Shown piece by piece: positions 18,793-28,891 of a stretch of DNA of 64,000 nt. The notes beneath the pieces are model-generated. The model was not told the origin of the DNA, searched no databases, and was given only the letters and a program-made list of their open reading frames with translations. The stretch is from the NCBI GenBank assembly GCA_965242725.1, contig CBDESZ010000003.1:64001-128000 (forward strand), in the 5' to 3' direction. The stretch's first letter is position 1; the number at the start of each line of letters is the position of its first letter. A program made the translations under genes and the position numbers. The DNA is from Alkalispirochaeta sp. (GTDB lineage Bacteria; Spirochaetota; Spirochaetia; DSM-27196; Alkalispirochaetaceae).

Positions 18793-19776
18793 CTAATAGT
18801 ACTCCCACCGGGACAGATCAATTCCCGTTAGATCGGCGAGCCGCCTGTTGGATTCCCTGAAGGTTTCCGTGATGATTTTCTCCTGTCGTTCGGTCATGGT
18901 GATCGTTTCCGCTTTTCTGAGGGGGATCGCACCGAAGAGGCGAACAATCCCCGTCCGGAGCCACCGGGGAAGACGTATGCGGGCATTCCGTTGCCGCCGT
19001 GCCCGGCGGATTCCGGCAAGGAGACTGTAGTCTCTGCTTTGCCATCCCCTTTCGCCGCGGCGTGTATTGAGGCGGGTCACCGTCGTCCCGGTATAATCGA
19101 CATCCAGAAATGTGGCCATGAGCCGAAAAAAGCTATCCGGCTCTTCCTTCAGAAGCTCAAAGGGCAGTACGGCGACATTCTCCCGCCCGAAGACGTGCCA
19201 AAGCCCCTGCGCCACCATGTCGTAGTACAGCGGTGAGAGCAGGTGCGGGTAGGTCGCATCGGGCAGAAGGTTGGCGAGAAAACGATCAAGATCCCTGGTT
19301 TCTGCAATATGCCGGTAATAATGGGAGTAACCCTGGGCGTACAGTGAGGGGAGAAAATCACTCTGTCTGCGCAGGGTGATCATGACCTGCAACCGGTCTG
19401 CGTCGCTGAACAGCGCTTTCAATTTCCTGAAAGACGAAAGCAGGTCATCCGTGAGCGGTAATCCATCCGAAATATCGCCCTTGAAACTCCTGAGAACCAG
19501 CTCCTCCAGCGAGATAAAGAGTGTTCCGTCACCGTCCAAACCAAACTCCGCGCGTACCACTTCTCCGTTCCTGAGGAAATAAAGCTCGTCCCGACGGGGA
19601 AACATACGCAAAAACTCGCGTACCACAGGCCTGGTTTTGCTGGAACCGTCCGGTCCGTACTCCTTGCCGAAGTAGACCCAGCCGTTGTCACGGCAGAGGT
19701 CCGGAAAGACCGTTCCTTGCAAAGTGGTGCTTCCCGTTTTGGGGTAGCCGGGATGAATAATTACGCGTTCCGCCAT
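18793..19776 (-). CDS. Sulfotransferase-fold protein
   Basis: 'IIHPGYPKTGSTTLQ', 'ISLEEL', 'ITLRRQSDFLPSLY', 'VFGRENVAVLPFELL', 'FRESNRRLA'. Confidence 0.75.
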   Translation of the reverse strand: MAERVIIHPGYPKTGSTTLQGTVFPDLCRDNGWVYFGKEYGPDGSSKTRPVVREFLRMFPRRDELYFLRNGEVVRAEFGLDGDGTLFISLEELVLRSFKGDISDGLPLTDDLLSSFRKLKALFSDADRLQVMITLRRQSDFLPSLYAQGYSHYYRHIAETRDLDRFLANLLPDATYPHLLSPLYYDMVAQGLWHVFGRENVAVLPFELLKEEPDSFFRLMATFLDVDYTGTTVTRLNTRRGERGWQSRDYSLLAGIRRARRQRNARIRLPRWLRTGIVRLFGAIPLRKAETITMTERQEKIITETFRESNRRLADLTGIDLSRWEYY

Positions 19777-19881
19777 TGATCTCTCCGAGATCTTCGAGGG
19801 TACCACAATACCGGGTGATCGACAGCCCTTTTCGACCAATCTTGATGATTACCGTTCTATCGGCTACCCTCTTGGAACGGC

Positions 19882-21705
19882 TTGAATAGGGAGCCGATAC
19901 TTTTTGACAGGACAAGACGCGCCGTGTTTCGATCCGTTTGGAATCTGTTGGAAAAAAGTGACAAGATACGTTTTGTCACCCTCGTAATAGGGATACTTCT
20001 CACATCCATCATGAATATCGGTGGCGTTGCGTCGGTAATGCCATTTATTGAGGTCCTTACCACTTCGGGAAACGAGATCACCAATCCGGTCGTGGCGGAA
20101 GTTTTTACGCGTCTTGGGATACAAATGTCCCGGGCAACCATCGTATGGATGGGCATAGGCGTGATGGCCCTCTTCCTGGTCGGAAACTCCCTCCTCGCGC
20201 TGGTGACGTGGAAGAGCATTGTCTTTGCTCGCGCCGTTGCCTACGGACTTACGACGCGTCTCTTTGCCAGATACCTGCGCCAGCCCTACTCCTTCTACCT
20301 CAACCACAATACATCGGAGTTGATGAAAAACCTTTTCGGGGAGATTAACTCCATCATCAACGGCGTACTGAAGCCACTTGTGGAATTGATGGTGGAGGGT
20401 GTTCTCGCCCTGGCGCTTGTTGTTTTTCTGGTGATCGTCGATCCGATCATTGCACTGGCGGCCCTTGCCCTGCTGGGCGGCGGCTATGGGCTGATATTTG
20501 TAGTCTTTCGCCGCATGCTCAATAGGGCAAGCAAGACAAAGGTTCGCCGCAACCGCGACCGATACCGCGTCGTCTCCGATGCCTTTGGCGCAATCAAGGA
20601 GTTGAAGCTTTTGTCTCTGGAGCGTCGTTACATCGAACTCTATGACGGTATCTCCAACCGTTTTGAGATCGCAAAGGGACGCATACAGGGTATCGCCAAG
20701 CTTCCCCGTTACGCTCTGGAGGCGCTCGCCTTCGGTGGAATTCTCGGTCTCGCCCTCGTTCTCTTTGTCCGGGGCGGCAGTGCCACGTCGGTTCTGCCGC
20801 TGATGTCCGCGTATGCCGTGGCGGGATACAAGTTGCTGCCCGCGCTGCAGCGGGTCTTTGCGGCATTTGCCCATATACGGGGAAGTCACGCGTCTACCGA
20901 GCTTGTTGTCCATGAGCTCAGGAGGGCCGCCCCTCCGCTGGCACCGGTAATGGGGCCTGAAACGGTTCCCTTTGGTGACGCCATCGACCTGCAGAACGTG
21001 ACATTCAACTATGAAGGAACCCAGCGTCCGGCTCTGACCGACATTTCCCTGAAAATAAGGAAGAACACAACCGTCGGAATCGTCGGACCTACCGGATGCG
21101 GCAAGACCACATTGGTGGACGTGATTCTCGGGCTGCATACGGCGCAGTCAGGAACGATCACCGTCGACGGAAACAGAATCACGACGGACAATCTTTCGGG
21201 CTGGCAGAGACACTTCGGCTACGTCCCGCAGTTCATATATCTCAGCGATACCTCGGTGACACGGAATATCGCCTTCGGCGTTCCCGATGAAGAAATAGAC
21301 CACGAACGCGTTCGCTTCGCCGCACAGCTGGCCAATCTCCATGACTTCGTGCTCTCCCTTGATGATGGATATGAAACACAGCTTGGCGAGCGAGGGGTGC
21401 GTCTCAGCGGAGGACAGCGGCAGCGCGTCGGTATCGCCCGGGCTCTCTACAGGGATCCGGATATACTCGTCTTTGACGAAGCGACGAGTGCCCTGGATAC
21501 CCATACCGAAATCGCCGTGATGGACGCCATTGCAAAGCTGATGCACGAAAAGACGATTATCATTATTGCCCACCGCCTCAGTACGCTTCGGGATGCGGAC
21601 AATATCTTTGTCCTCCGTGACGGAAGGATCGAGGTCGAGGGAACCTACGCCGATCTCAGCACGACCCATCCGCATTTTCTCAATCAGGAACCTCCCCGGC
21701 AATGA
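19882..21705 (+). CDS. ABC exporter (TMD-NBD fusion), PglK/MsbA-like glycan flippase
   Basis: N-terminal TM domain, GPTGCGKT, '[14 protein letters not shown]', 'FDEATSALD', 'IAHRLST'. Lies among glycosyltransferases. Confidence 0.85.
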   Translation: MNREPILFDRTRRAVFRSVWNLLEKSDKIRFVTLVIGILLTSIMNIGGVASVMPFIEVLTTSGNEITNPVVAEVFTRLGIQMSRATIVWMGIGVMALFLVGNSLLALVTWKSIVFARAVAYGLTTRLFARYLRQPYSFYLNHNTSELMKNLFGEINSIINGVLKPLVELMVEGVLALALVVFLVIVDPIIALAALALLGGGYGLIFVVFRRMLNRASKTKVRRNRDRYRVVSDAFGAIKELKLLSLERRYIELYDGISNRFEIAKGRIQGIAKLPRYALEALAFGGILGLALVLFVRGGSATSVLPLMSAYAVAGYKLLPALQRVFAAFAHIRGSHASTELVVHELRRAAPPLAPVMGPETVPFGDAIDLQNVTFNYEGTQRPALTDISLKIRKNTTVGIVGPTGCGKTTLVDVILGLHTAQSGTITVDGNRITTDNLSGWQRHFGYVPQFIYLSDTSVTRNIAFGVPDEEIDHERVRFAAQLANLHDFVLSLDDGYETQLGERGVRLSGGQRQRVGIARALYRDPDILVFDEATSALDTHTEIAVMDAIAKLMHEKTIIIIAHRLSTLRDADNIFVLRDGRIEVEGTYADLSTTHPHFLNQEPPRQ

Positions 21706-23849
21706 AGCAGCTCTTTATCGTCGGGGTGGGGCGCAGCGGTACTTCGTTGTTGCAGAGTATGTTTGCCGCCCATCCGCGTGTTGCAATGCTGCCGGAAACG
21801 GGTTTCTTTCGGAGATATTGCCTTCCCGACGGGGGTGTCCCCTTTGACCGTCTGGAGGAGCTGAGGAACGAAGACGAACGGCTGCAGCGTATCCCCGGAA
21901 CATGCTGGAGTCGCGTCGCCGACGACCTGGCGCCACGGCGTGACGGGCGGTATTCACCGTGGGACCTCTATCGCCATCTTCTGTCATGGCGATTCTCCGC
22001 ATGCGTTGCGGGGAAAGATGAAGAAGATATCCTGGTTTCCGGCGACAAGGATCCGCGGCTCATCGAGTTTCTTCCCATCCTTGTGCACATTTTTCCGGAG
22101 AGTCATTTCATTCACATCGTCCGCGATCCCCGGGACGTTCTGGCCTCCAAAATGGCTGCCGACTGGTCCTCCCGCCGCCACTGGAGGGCAAATCTTGCCG
22201 CAGGCGTATTTCAGCTTCACCTTGCCGACCGGTATGCGGCGCGCCTGCCGTCGTCACGGTTCCACGTCGTACACTATGAGGATCTTCTTGCACATGCCGA
22301 GCCGGTACTTCAGGGACTCTGTGCGGAGATCGGTCTGGACTACGATCCGCTCATGCTCAGTTTTTCAGACGCTGCGAAACGGCTGAGCGGAGGTGCGGTG
22401 GAGCCATGGAAAAAGGAAACGCTGGGTCCACTCCTCGCCGGCAACAGCGGGAAATGGAAAGATCGGCTTACGCCGGTACAGGTGCGTGCGGTGGAAGGAG
22501 CGAACCGCCGATGGATGGACCGGTACGGATATACCCGGGCCGGGACATGGTCGGCAGATCACACTCTGAATCGGGCGGCCGGGGCCGTTGGGGCTGCATT
22601 CTACAGCCGGTATCGGCAGCGCGTCGTCCATCGGGTATTATCTCGGGCGGCGAAAAGTCGGCCGCGGGGAACACCGTTGTCGGACACCATTCGTTACGCG
22701 ACCGATCATCCCCGGAGCACGGAACTCGGAACGGAGCGTGCCGGCCGATCCCGCTCGGTCCAGTCCGTCCTCCATACCTTCCTTGGGAGACTTGGATTTC
22801 CGGGAATGATTCTCTACTGGCTCTATCTCCTCCGCGGTTTAACGCCGCGATATGAGGTGTCGGGGTCGGTTCTCATCGCGGACCACGCCAGTGGGGTGGT
22901 GAAACGATCCGTCCAGCGTGTGACGGGCTCTCCACCGGGGGGTACCGGGAACCGCACCGTTTCCCGAAGCGCCATCGTTACTGAAATAGCCCATTCAATC
23001 GGCGCCTTCCTCAACGGATATCGTGCCGTACGACCTGCACGGACGGGACAGTGGGCCGCAACGGCGAATCTCCTGTTCTTCTACGCTGCGGGCCGGGCGG
23101 CCGTTGACGCCATCGCACCTTCAGCATTGCTCATTTCACTGACGAGCGACCGGAAGCGGATCGGTCTCGCCCTTGCCGCGGCCGAGCGGGTCCTGCCCGT
23201 GGGAATCTATATCCTCGACCGGTACGGAACTGGCAGACATCTCACAATTCGGCCGGACGTTCTCTTTTGCTTTACCGCGCGACAGGAGCGACGATATCGC
23301 CGGTACGCCGAGCGGGTCGTCATAATGCCGTCACCGATGAGGGATATTGGAACGGTACCGGCGCATCCTCGTATCGGCGTGCTTCTCAACGCACGGTGCG
23401 ATGTTGCTGCCGTCGCAACATTTGTATCGAAAGTCTCCGGCGAGCATCCGCACGCAGCGATTCGGGTGCGACCGCATCCGGGGTTTGACATGCGACGCCT
23501 CGGCGAAATTGAAGGTGCCGAGATAACCGATTGGCGCATCCCCCTTGATAGCTTTTTCCAGGAGATCGATGTCGCATTTGCGCCGAACTCGAATGTCGTC
23601 ATTGACGCGTTGCTTCACGGTGTTCCCGTGGTATATGTCGACGATCTTGACTACCTCCCCCGGGATGAACACGGTTTTGTCGCCGACGGCATTGTTATGG
23701 CATGGGAGGATGTCAACCGATTTCCCGAGGATGTAAATGACTTTTACGGAAGCGACGCCTTCCGCATTGCCTGGGGCACTATAGGATACCGAAACGATCC
23801 TGCGGCGGAGCAGCGGGCCGTACGGGAACTGGTGGGACCGAAAGGATGA
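21702..23849 (+). CDS. Sulfotransferase fused to a C-terminal GT-B-like/capsule-biosynthesis domain
   Basis: N-terminal 'FIVGVGRSGTSLL', 'GDKDP', 'FIHIVRDPRDVLAS', 'VHYEDLL', 'NSGKWK'. C-terminal 'IRVRPHPG...DVAFAPNSNVVIDALLHGVPVVY'. Confidence 0.75.
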   Translation: MKQLFIVGVGRSGTSLLQSMFAAHPRVAMLPETGFFRRYCLPDGGVPFDRLEELRNEDERLQRIPGTCWSRVADDLAPRRDGRYSPWDLYRHLLSWRFSACVAGKDEEDILVSGDKDPRLIEFLPILVHIFPESHFIHIVRDPRDVLASKMAADWSSRRHWRANLAAGVFQLHLADRYAARLPSSRFHVVHYEDLLAHAEPVLQGLCAEIGLDYDPLMLSFSDAAKRLSGGAVEPWKKETLGPLLAGNSGKWKDRLTPVQVRAVEGANRRWMDRYGYTRAGTWSADHTLNRAAGAVGAAFYSRYRQRVVHRVLSRAAKSRPRGTPLSDTIRYATDHPRSTELGTERAGRSRSVQSVLHTFLGRLGFPGMILYWLYLLRGLTPRYEVSGSVLIADHASGVVKRSVQRVTGSPPGGTGNRTVSRSAIVTEIAHSIGAFLNGYRAVRPARTGQWAATANLLFFYAAGRAAVDAIAPSALLISLTSDRKRIGLALAAAERVLPVGIYILDRYGTGRHLTIRPDVLFCFTARQERRYRRYAERVVIMPSPMRDIGTVPAHPRIGVLLNARCDVAAVATFVSKVSGEHPHAAIRVRPHPGFDMRRLGEIEGAEITDWRIPLDSFFQEIDVAFAPNSNVVIDALLHGVPVVYVDDLDYLPRDEHGFVADGIVMAWEDVNRFPEDVNDFYGSDAFRIAWGTIGYRNDPAAEQRAVRELVGPKG

Positions 23850-24691
23850 TGGATCTGCTGCGACGGTTCAGGAAAAAAACGGCCGATGCAACACAGGAGC
23901 CGCCGCGAGGAGGCCCGCTCGACGTTCTGTACAACGCGGCAGACGTTATGGCCTCGCCCTTTGTCGTTGCCGTCACATCGTGTATAGACGCCCTGGGATT
24001 CTCCTTTTCAGGTGACGGCTTGCCCGACGGGTGCAGCGTGCACCCCTATACCCGGACCATACTTGAGTACTCCCGAGGGCGTGTCGACAGGTACGCCGTC
24101 TCATCGTTGAGAGAGTACTACCGGCAGTTTCAGCCCGCCACGATGGCCGATCTCTTCCCCGAAGCCGCTTCTACGCCTGCGGCGACGTTGCCTTCCAATA
24201 CGCATTTCACCCCGTGGTTTACCGGCACGCCCGACGACCGCGCGGAGCGAACGCGACGGGCGCTGCAACGGGAGTTTCCCGGGTTGCCGGAACCGGGAAA
24301 TCCCCTCTTTGGACCGATCGACGACCGCCAGGGGGAAATGGAGTTTGTCCGTCTGGTTGAAGTGTATCGATCGCTACGTGACAAGGGATATGTGCTGCCC
24401 CGGAACCGGCGAAATCACATTCAGGGTCTCGTCCTCCGTCGGGAAGGGGATTTCCGTTTTCTCGTCACCGCCGGGAAGCACCGCGTTGCAGCCCTCTCGG
24501 TGCTAGGCGTGGCGGACATACCGGTGGTCTTTCGGAGTCCCGTCATTATAGAAGTGCGGGATGTCGGGGCGTGGCCGTTTGTGAACTCCCACGGATGGAG
24601 TGAGACGGCAGCAATCTCCTATTTCGACCGCCTTTTTCGCGGGGTATCCGCCCGGGCTCTGAGTTCGAATTGTTCCGGAGGAGATGATTGA
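23846..24691 (+). CDS. Hypothetical protein with a ParB/sulfiredoxin-like motif
   Basis: 'VYRSLRDKGY...IQG...FRFLVTAGKHRVAALSVLGVADIPV'. Overlaps both neighbouring genes. Confidence 0.5.
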   Translation: MMDLLRRFRKKTADATQEPPRGGPLDVLYNAADVMASPFVVAVTSCIDALGFSFSGDGLPDGCSVHPYTRTILEYSRGRVDRYAVSSLREYYRQFQPATMADLFPEAASTPAATLPSNTHFTPWFTGTPDDRAERTRRALQREFPGLPEPGNPLFGPIDDRQGEMEFVRLVEVYRSLRDKGYVLPRNRRNHIQGLVLRREGDFRFLVTAGKHRVAALSVLGVADIPVVFRSPVIIEVRDVGAWPFVNSHGWSETAAISYFDRLFRGVSARALSSNCSGGDD

Positions 24692-25856
24692 CTCGGTGAA
24701 GGCGGCAACGATTCAGCTCATTACGCAGAATTACCCATCCCCCCGCTTCCCCGAGCGGGGAGCCTTTGTGGAGCGCCTCGCGCGGCAGTGGGAAGAGATG
24801 GGAAACGAAGTAACCATCCTGGCTCCCGATACGTGGGCTACGGTAGTGCGTTCACTTGGGCGATCTTCCCGTGAAATAGAAACGGCCGGGAAGGAGATCA
24901 TCCGCCCCCGCTACATCAGCGCGGGAAACCGGTCGGGGGGACTCATTCACCGGTTTCGGCTGACCCGCCGCAATTTTGTGAGAGCGGCACAGAAGAGCCC
25001 GACGCCCTTGTCGCCGGCAGACTTTTACTACGGCAAGTTTCTCTTCCGCGGGGGTGAGGCGGCTCTGGCCCTGGGAAACCGGGCGGGGCGCCCCGCCTTT
25101 GCCGATCTGGGCGAGTCATGGTCGTTTCTGAAACTGGAGCGGCGGTCCCGGAACGATGCGATGTCCATATTGAGGGATCTGAGCGGAGTGATTTGTGTCT
25201 CACCCCGGCTCAGGGAGGAAGTGATAGAGCTGGGAGCGGATCCGGATCGCGTTCTTTTCGCGCCGAACGATGTGGACCGCAGCCGTTTCCACCGCATAGA
25301 CCGGCTGTACGCTCGCCGTCGTCTCGGTCTGCCGGCGGATCGCTTTATCGCGGCTTTTACCGGCCACTTCGTGGAACGGAAGGGGCCGCTGCGGGTCCTC
25401 AAGGCGCTTGAACGACTCCACAGCGGAGTCGGCGGCGTCTTTCTGGGCAGGGGTGAACAGATTCCGGCGGGGGAACACGTTCTCTTTGCGGGGGCCGTTC
25501 CCAACGGAGAGATGCCGCTCTGGCTTGGTGCCGCCGATGTCTTTGTCCTTCCCACACTGGGAGAGGGTAACTGTAACGCCATTAACGAAGCGATTGCCGT
25601 GGGCCTGCCGATCATCTCATCGGATATTTCCGACATCCGAGGACAGGTGCAGCCGTCGTTCGGTGTCCTCGTCGATCCGACCGACATCGATGCGATTGCC
25701 TCGGCGCTGGACGGGTTGTACCGGGATGAGGAGCGGCGGCGATCGATGGCGGAGGCGGCGTATCAGTCGGTACATGGAACTGATGTACAGGGTAGGGCGG
25801 AAACGATTCTGCGTTTCATGCAGACCGTCGGAAATTCAACCCGGGACGAGGAGTAG
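24684..25856 (+). CDS. Glycosyltransferase family 4 (TuaC-like)
   Basis: 'NYPSPRFPERGAFV', 'FTGHFVERKG', 'ADVFVLPTLGEGNCNAINEAIAVGLPIISS'. Confidence 0.88.
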   Translation: MIDSVKAATIQLITQNYPSPRFPERGAFVERLARQWEEMGNEVTILAPDTWATVVRSLGRSSREIETAGKEIIRPRYISAGNRSGGLIHRFRLTRRNFVRAAQKSPTPLSPADFYYGKFLFRGGEAALALGNRAGRPAFADLGESWSFLKLERRSRNDAMSILRDLSGVICVSPRLREEVIELGADPDRVLFAPNDVDRSRFHRIDRLYARRRLGLPADRFIAAFTGHFVERKGPLRVLKALERLHSGVGGVFLGRGEQIPAGEHVLFAGAVPNGEMPLWLGAADVFVLPTLGEGNCNAINEAIAVGLPIISSDISDIRGQVQPSFGVLVDPTDIDAIASALDGLYRDEERRRSMAEAAYQSVHGTDVQGRAETILRFMQTVGNSTRDEE

Positions 25857-25859
25857 CTG

Positions 25860-26831
25860 ATGCCGCAATGGATATATATCGCCGGGAGAGGTCACAGCGG
25901 TTCAACAATGCTGGACGCAATGCTTGGCAATGTCGAAGGGGTGGAGAGCGTCGGCGAACTTGTTTCCGGTATGGGTCGTTACGACGACCTCTGCAGCTGC
26001 GGTGAAACCTTCACCGCCTGTCCTTATTGGCGGGAGGTGCGGCGGCGCTTCACCGATGACACCGGCCGTACCTGGGACGAAGCGGTCATGGTGACACGGA
26101 AGCAGGCGCATATATCGGCCTTTCCGGCGACGCTGTTCGGTCGGAGGCGCACCCGATGGGTGTCGGAGCTCACACAGGTCTCCAACGGAATCGCCCGAGC
26201 CGTTGCGGAGGCCGACGACGGGGCACACTTTATAGTCGATTCTTCCAAAGAGATTACCCGGGCGCTCTTCTTCCTGAAATTTGTATCCGGTTCAAAGGTG
26301 ATCCATCTCATGCGCCATCCCGCGGCGATTCTGCAAAGTGATTATTACCGCCTCCAGGGCGGCGCGGGCTTCAGGTTGCTGCGGCGTTCGTTTTCTCCAC
26401 GACGTTTCTTCGGTGTCATTCTCTGTATGCGGGTTGTCGCATGGATTGTGGGCAATCTCCTGGCCGATTTGACCCGTCAGTTTGCCCGGGATCGGTTTCT
26501 CCGCGTCCGGTACGAGGATTTCATTATGGATCCCGATGTGACGCTTGCGCGGATCGAGACGTTTCTCGGTACGTCCCTTGCAGAAATAAGGAACCGCATA
26601 TCCCGGCGGGACGAGTTTATCGTGGGTCACAACATCGGCGGAAACCAGATGCGCCACGCGGGTCGATTCGTTTTTGATCCCCGAAAGTCCAGTCGTTCAG
26701 GACTTCCCGTGCGCTACATCGTCATGACGTGGCTCATGACGTGGCCGCTGCTTATCGCATATGGATATCGGGGACGGCCGCTGCCGGGCAGTCGGTCCGA
26801 TCACGCCGGCGGTTCAGCTTCTTCTTCCTGA
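25860..26831 (+). CDS. Sulfotransferase
   Basis: 'IYIAGRGHSGSTML', 'VGEL', 'CSCGETFTACPYW', 'IVDSSK', 'VIHLMRHP', 'VRYEDF', 'HNIGGNQMR'. Confidence 0.8.
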   Translation: MPQWIYIAGRGHSGSTMLDAMLGNVEGVESVGELVSGMGRYDDLCSCGETFTACPYWREVRRRFTDDTGRTWDEAVMVTRKQAHISAFPATLFGRRRTRWVSELTQVSNGIARAVAEADDGAHFIVDSSKEITRALFFLKFVSGSKVIHLMRHPAAILQSDYYRLQGGAGFRLLRRSFSPRRFFGVILCMRVVAWIVGNLLADLTRQFARDRFLRVRYEDFIMDPDVTLARIETFLGTSLAEIRNRISRRDEFIVGHNIGGNQMRHAGRFVFDPRKSSRSGLPVRYIVMTWLMTWPLLIAYGYRGRPLPGSRSDHAGGSASSS

Positions 26832-27889
26832 GCGGCACGACGGACGCGTTCAAATTCGGCAACATGTACCGCCGTCATGTGTTCCACGGTGTAGTGCTTT
26901 ATCGCTTCTTCCCGAAGATCCTCGCTCCATCGTGAAAGAACCTCAGGGTCTGCCTGAAGGGAATCAAGAAACTGCCGGACCGCCGCATCATCGCCAAATG
27001 ACAGAAAGGGCTGTCCCGTGACCCGGGCTGCCCACACCTCGGGCCCGTGGTAACTGTCGTTGTCGACGGCAATTGCCTTTCCATGCCGCGCCGCCTCTAT
27101 GACCAACAGACCCGTATTGCCGGGACTGACGACGATGTGTGCCCAGTCAAAGTGATCGTTCAGGGCCGTTCCAACCGCACGGTCGTGGACAGTCACGCGT
27201 CCCGTATCTGCCAGTTCCGGTGGTATCGAAAGCACATCCATCCCGGGACCGACGATGCGGACGTCGACATCGTCAAAGACCTCGGCAAAATGGATGAGGC
27301 GTTCAATTTTCTTTCTGGGTTTATAGGTTCCCACAAAGAGGAGATGAATCCGTGTCTGTTCCCGGGGTACCGCAGACCGGCGAAATTCGTCGCGACGGAC
27401 GGATGTGTTGTTATAGCTCACCGCTTCCAGGTGATACTCCTCGGACAGACGGTGACGGACCTGTTCGCTGTGGACGAGGATTCCTCCCGCGGCGGCCATG
27501 ATGCGCCGGCGCACCGCATGGAGAAGCCGGTTGTCATGTTCACCGAATATAAGCCCCCACCAGATCCACCGGCGCCGACGCTTCCGTGAGGCGAGAAATG
27601 CCGCAACCCGGGAGATGTGACGGGGATTGGCGGAGGCACAAATGACCTCCCAGTCTTCTGACTGGATCAACGTGTGTACTTCCGGTTGACGACGAAATCC
27701 CATGAATGTGCGCGGCGCCGCCTCAATGTAGCGATATCCCTGCCGCTCCGCAGGCGGCGTCAGACGGTCCGGTCCACACGGCTGGGCAAGGACCGTGAGT
27801 TCCACCTCCTTGCTCAATTGGCGGAGAAACTCCTCCCGATAGTCAGGTGCATGATTCAGGATAAACAGAACTTTCATGTATTTCTCCAC
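26801..27889 (-). CDS. Glycosyltransferase, GT4-like
   Basis: 'NHAPDYRE', 'LLFVGTYKPRKKI', 'VSPGNTGLLVIEAARHG', 'HGPE'. Confidence 0.75.
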   Translation of the reverse strand: MEKYMKVLFILNHAPDYREEFLRQLSKEVELTVLAQPCGPDRLTPPAERQGYRYIEAAPRTFMGFRRQPEVHTLIQSEDWEVICASANPRHISRVAAFLASRKRRRRWIWWGLIFGEHDNRLLHAVRRRIMAAAGGILVHSEQVRHRLSEEYHLEAVSYNNTSVRRDEFRRSAVPREQTRIHLLFVGTYKPRKKIERLIHFAEVFDDVDVRIVGPGMDVLSIPPELADTGRVTVHDRAVGTALNDHFDWAHIVVSPGNTGLLVIEAARHGKAIAVDNDSYHGPEVWAARVTGQPFLSFGDDAAVRQFLDSLQADPEVLSRWSEDLREEAIKHYTVEHMTAVHVAEFERVRRAAQEEEAEPPA

Positions 27890-28797
27890 GTGAACGTACG
27901 GCCGAGGGTCTTCATGTATTCCCCGGCGAGACCGATCGCTTCCCCCGAACGTCCATGAATCGCCGCTGAAACTCCGCGGCGAAGAAATGGGAATCGCTGC
28001 AGAAGGCGCCGGGGATCGACCGATCGCTCCCAGTCGAGGGGATCGAGAAGGGGAATCATATCGGTGCCGCCCCTGTCGACGACGATGCCGTTCTGAATCG
28101 CCAGGGTTGAATATTTGTGCTGAAGGAGACTCTTCTTCCAGCTGGCAGAAACCGATTCGGGAATGGTTATTTTGTCAAAAAGTATGTCCGCAGTATTAAC
28201 GATCGGTCCCCGGCGACTGAGACGAATCCACAGGTCCGAGTCCTGGGCGTACCGGAAAAAGGGGCGGTACCCGCCGATGGCGTCATAGTCCTTCCGGCGT
28301 ATGACGGCGCATTCATGGGTCGCCGGTTTGGGTATGACATTATCGACGAGATTCCGCGGCGCGATGCCGTCGCGGATGCGCGTGTGAATGACTCTGCCTT
28401 CCGGTGACCGGACGCGGACGCTGCAACCGGCGGCAACAGCTTCCTTGTTTTCCTGCAATAAACGAAAAAGCACGGAAAGGCGGCGGGGTGAAGATACATC
28501 TCCGGAACCGTGCAGCCCGATGAAAGGAGCCGTTGTCCGTTCCTCGATGCATCGCTTGAGGGAGACGGTAAAGCCCTCGTTATCCTTGCCCCAGACGATA
28601 AGTTCCACTCCGGCACGGCGGGCGGCCGGAATCATCGCCTCCAGGCGGGCCCGGGTGTCGTCGGTGGAACCGTCATCGACGGCAAAGACCCGATATCCTT
28701 CAAAGTCCTGATGAATGATGCTTCCGATCGATTCTTCTACGCGGTACGCCCGATTGTACCACACAGTGACTACGTCGATTTGCGTCTGTTGTGCCAT
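27874..28797 (-). CDS. Glycosyltransferase family 2
   Basis: 'VVTVWYNR', 'VDDGSTDDT', 'HGSGDVS', 'IGGYRPFFRYAQDSDLWIRL'. Confidence 0.88.
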   Translation of the reverse strand: MAQQTQIDVVTVWYNRAYRVEESIGSIIHQDFEGYRVFAVDDGSTDDTRARLEAMIPAARRAGVELIVWGKDNEGFTVSLKRCIEERTTAPFIGLHGSGDVSSPRRLSVLFRLLQENKEAVAAGCSVRVRSPEGRVIHTRIRDGIAPRNLVDNVIPKPATHECAVIRRKDYDAIGGYRPFFRYAQDSDLWIRLSRRGPIVNTADILFDKITIPESVSASWKKSLLQHKYSTLAIQNGIVVDRGGTDMIPLLDPLDWERSVDPRRLLQRFPFLRRGVSAAIHGRSGEAIGLAGEYMKTLGRTFTWRNT

Positions 28798-28891
28798 TCC
28801 AGCCCTTTCACGATGGATTGTACGTGAATTGCACGCCGTTGTCGCCCGCCCTCCCTTATCATGGCCGGGAGATACGGTTTATAACGGTCCC

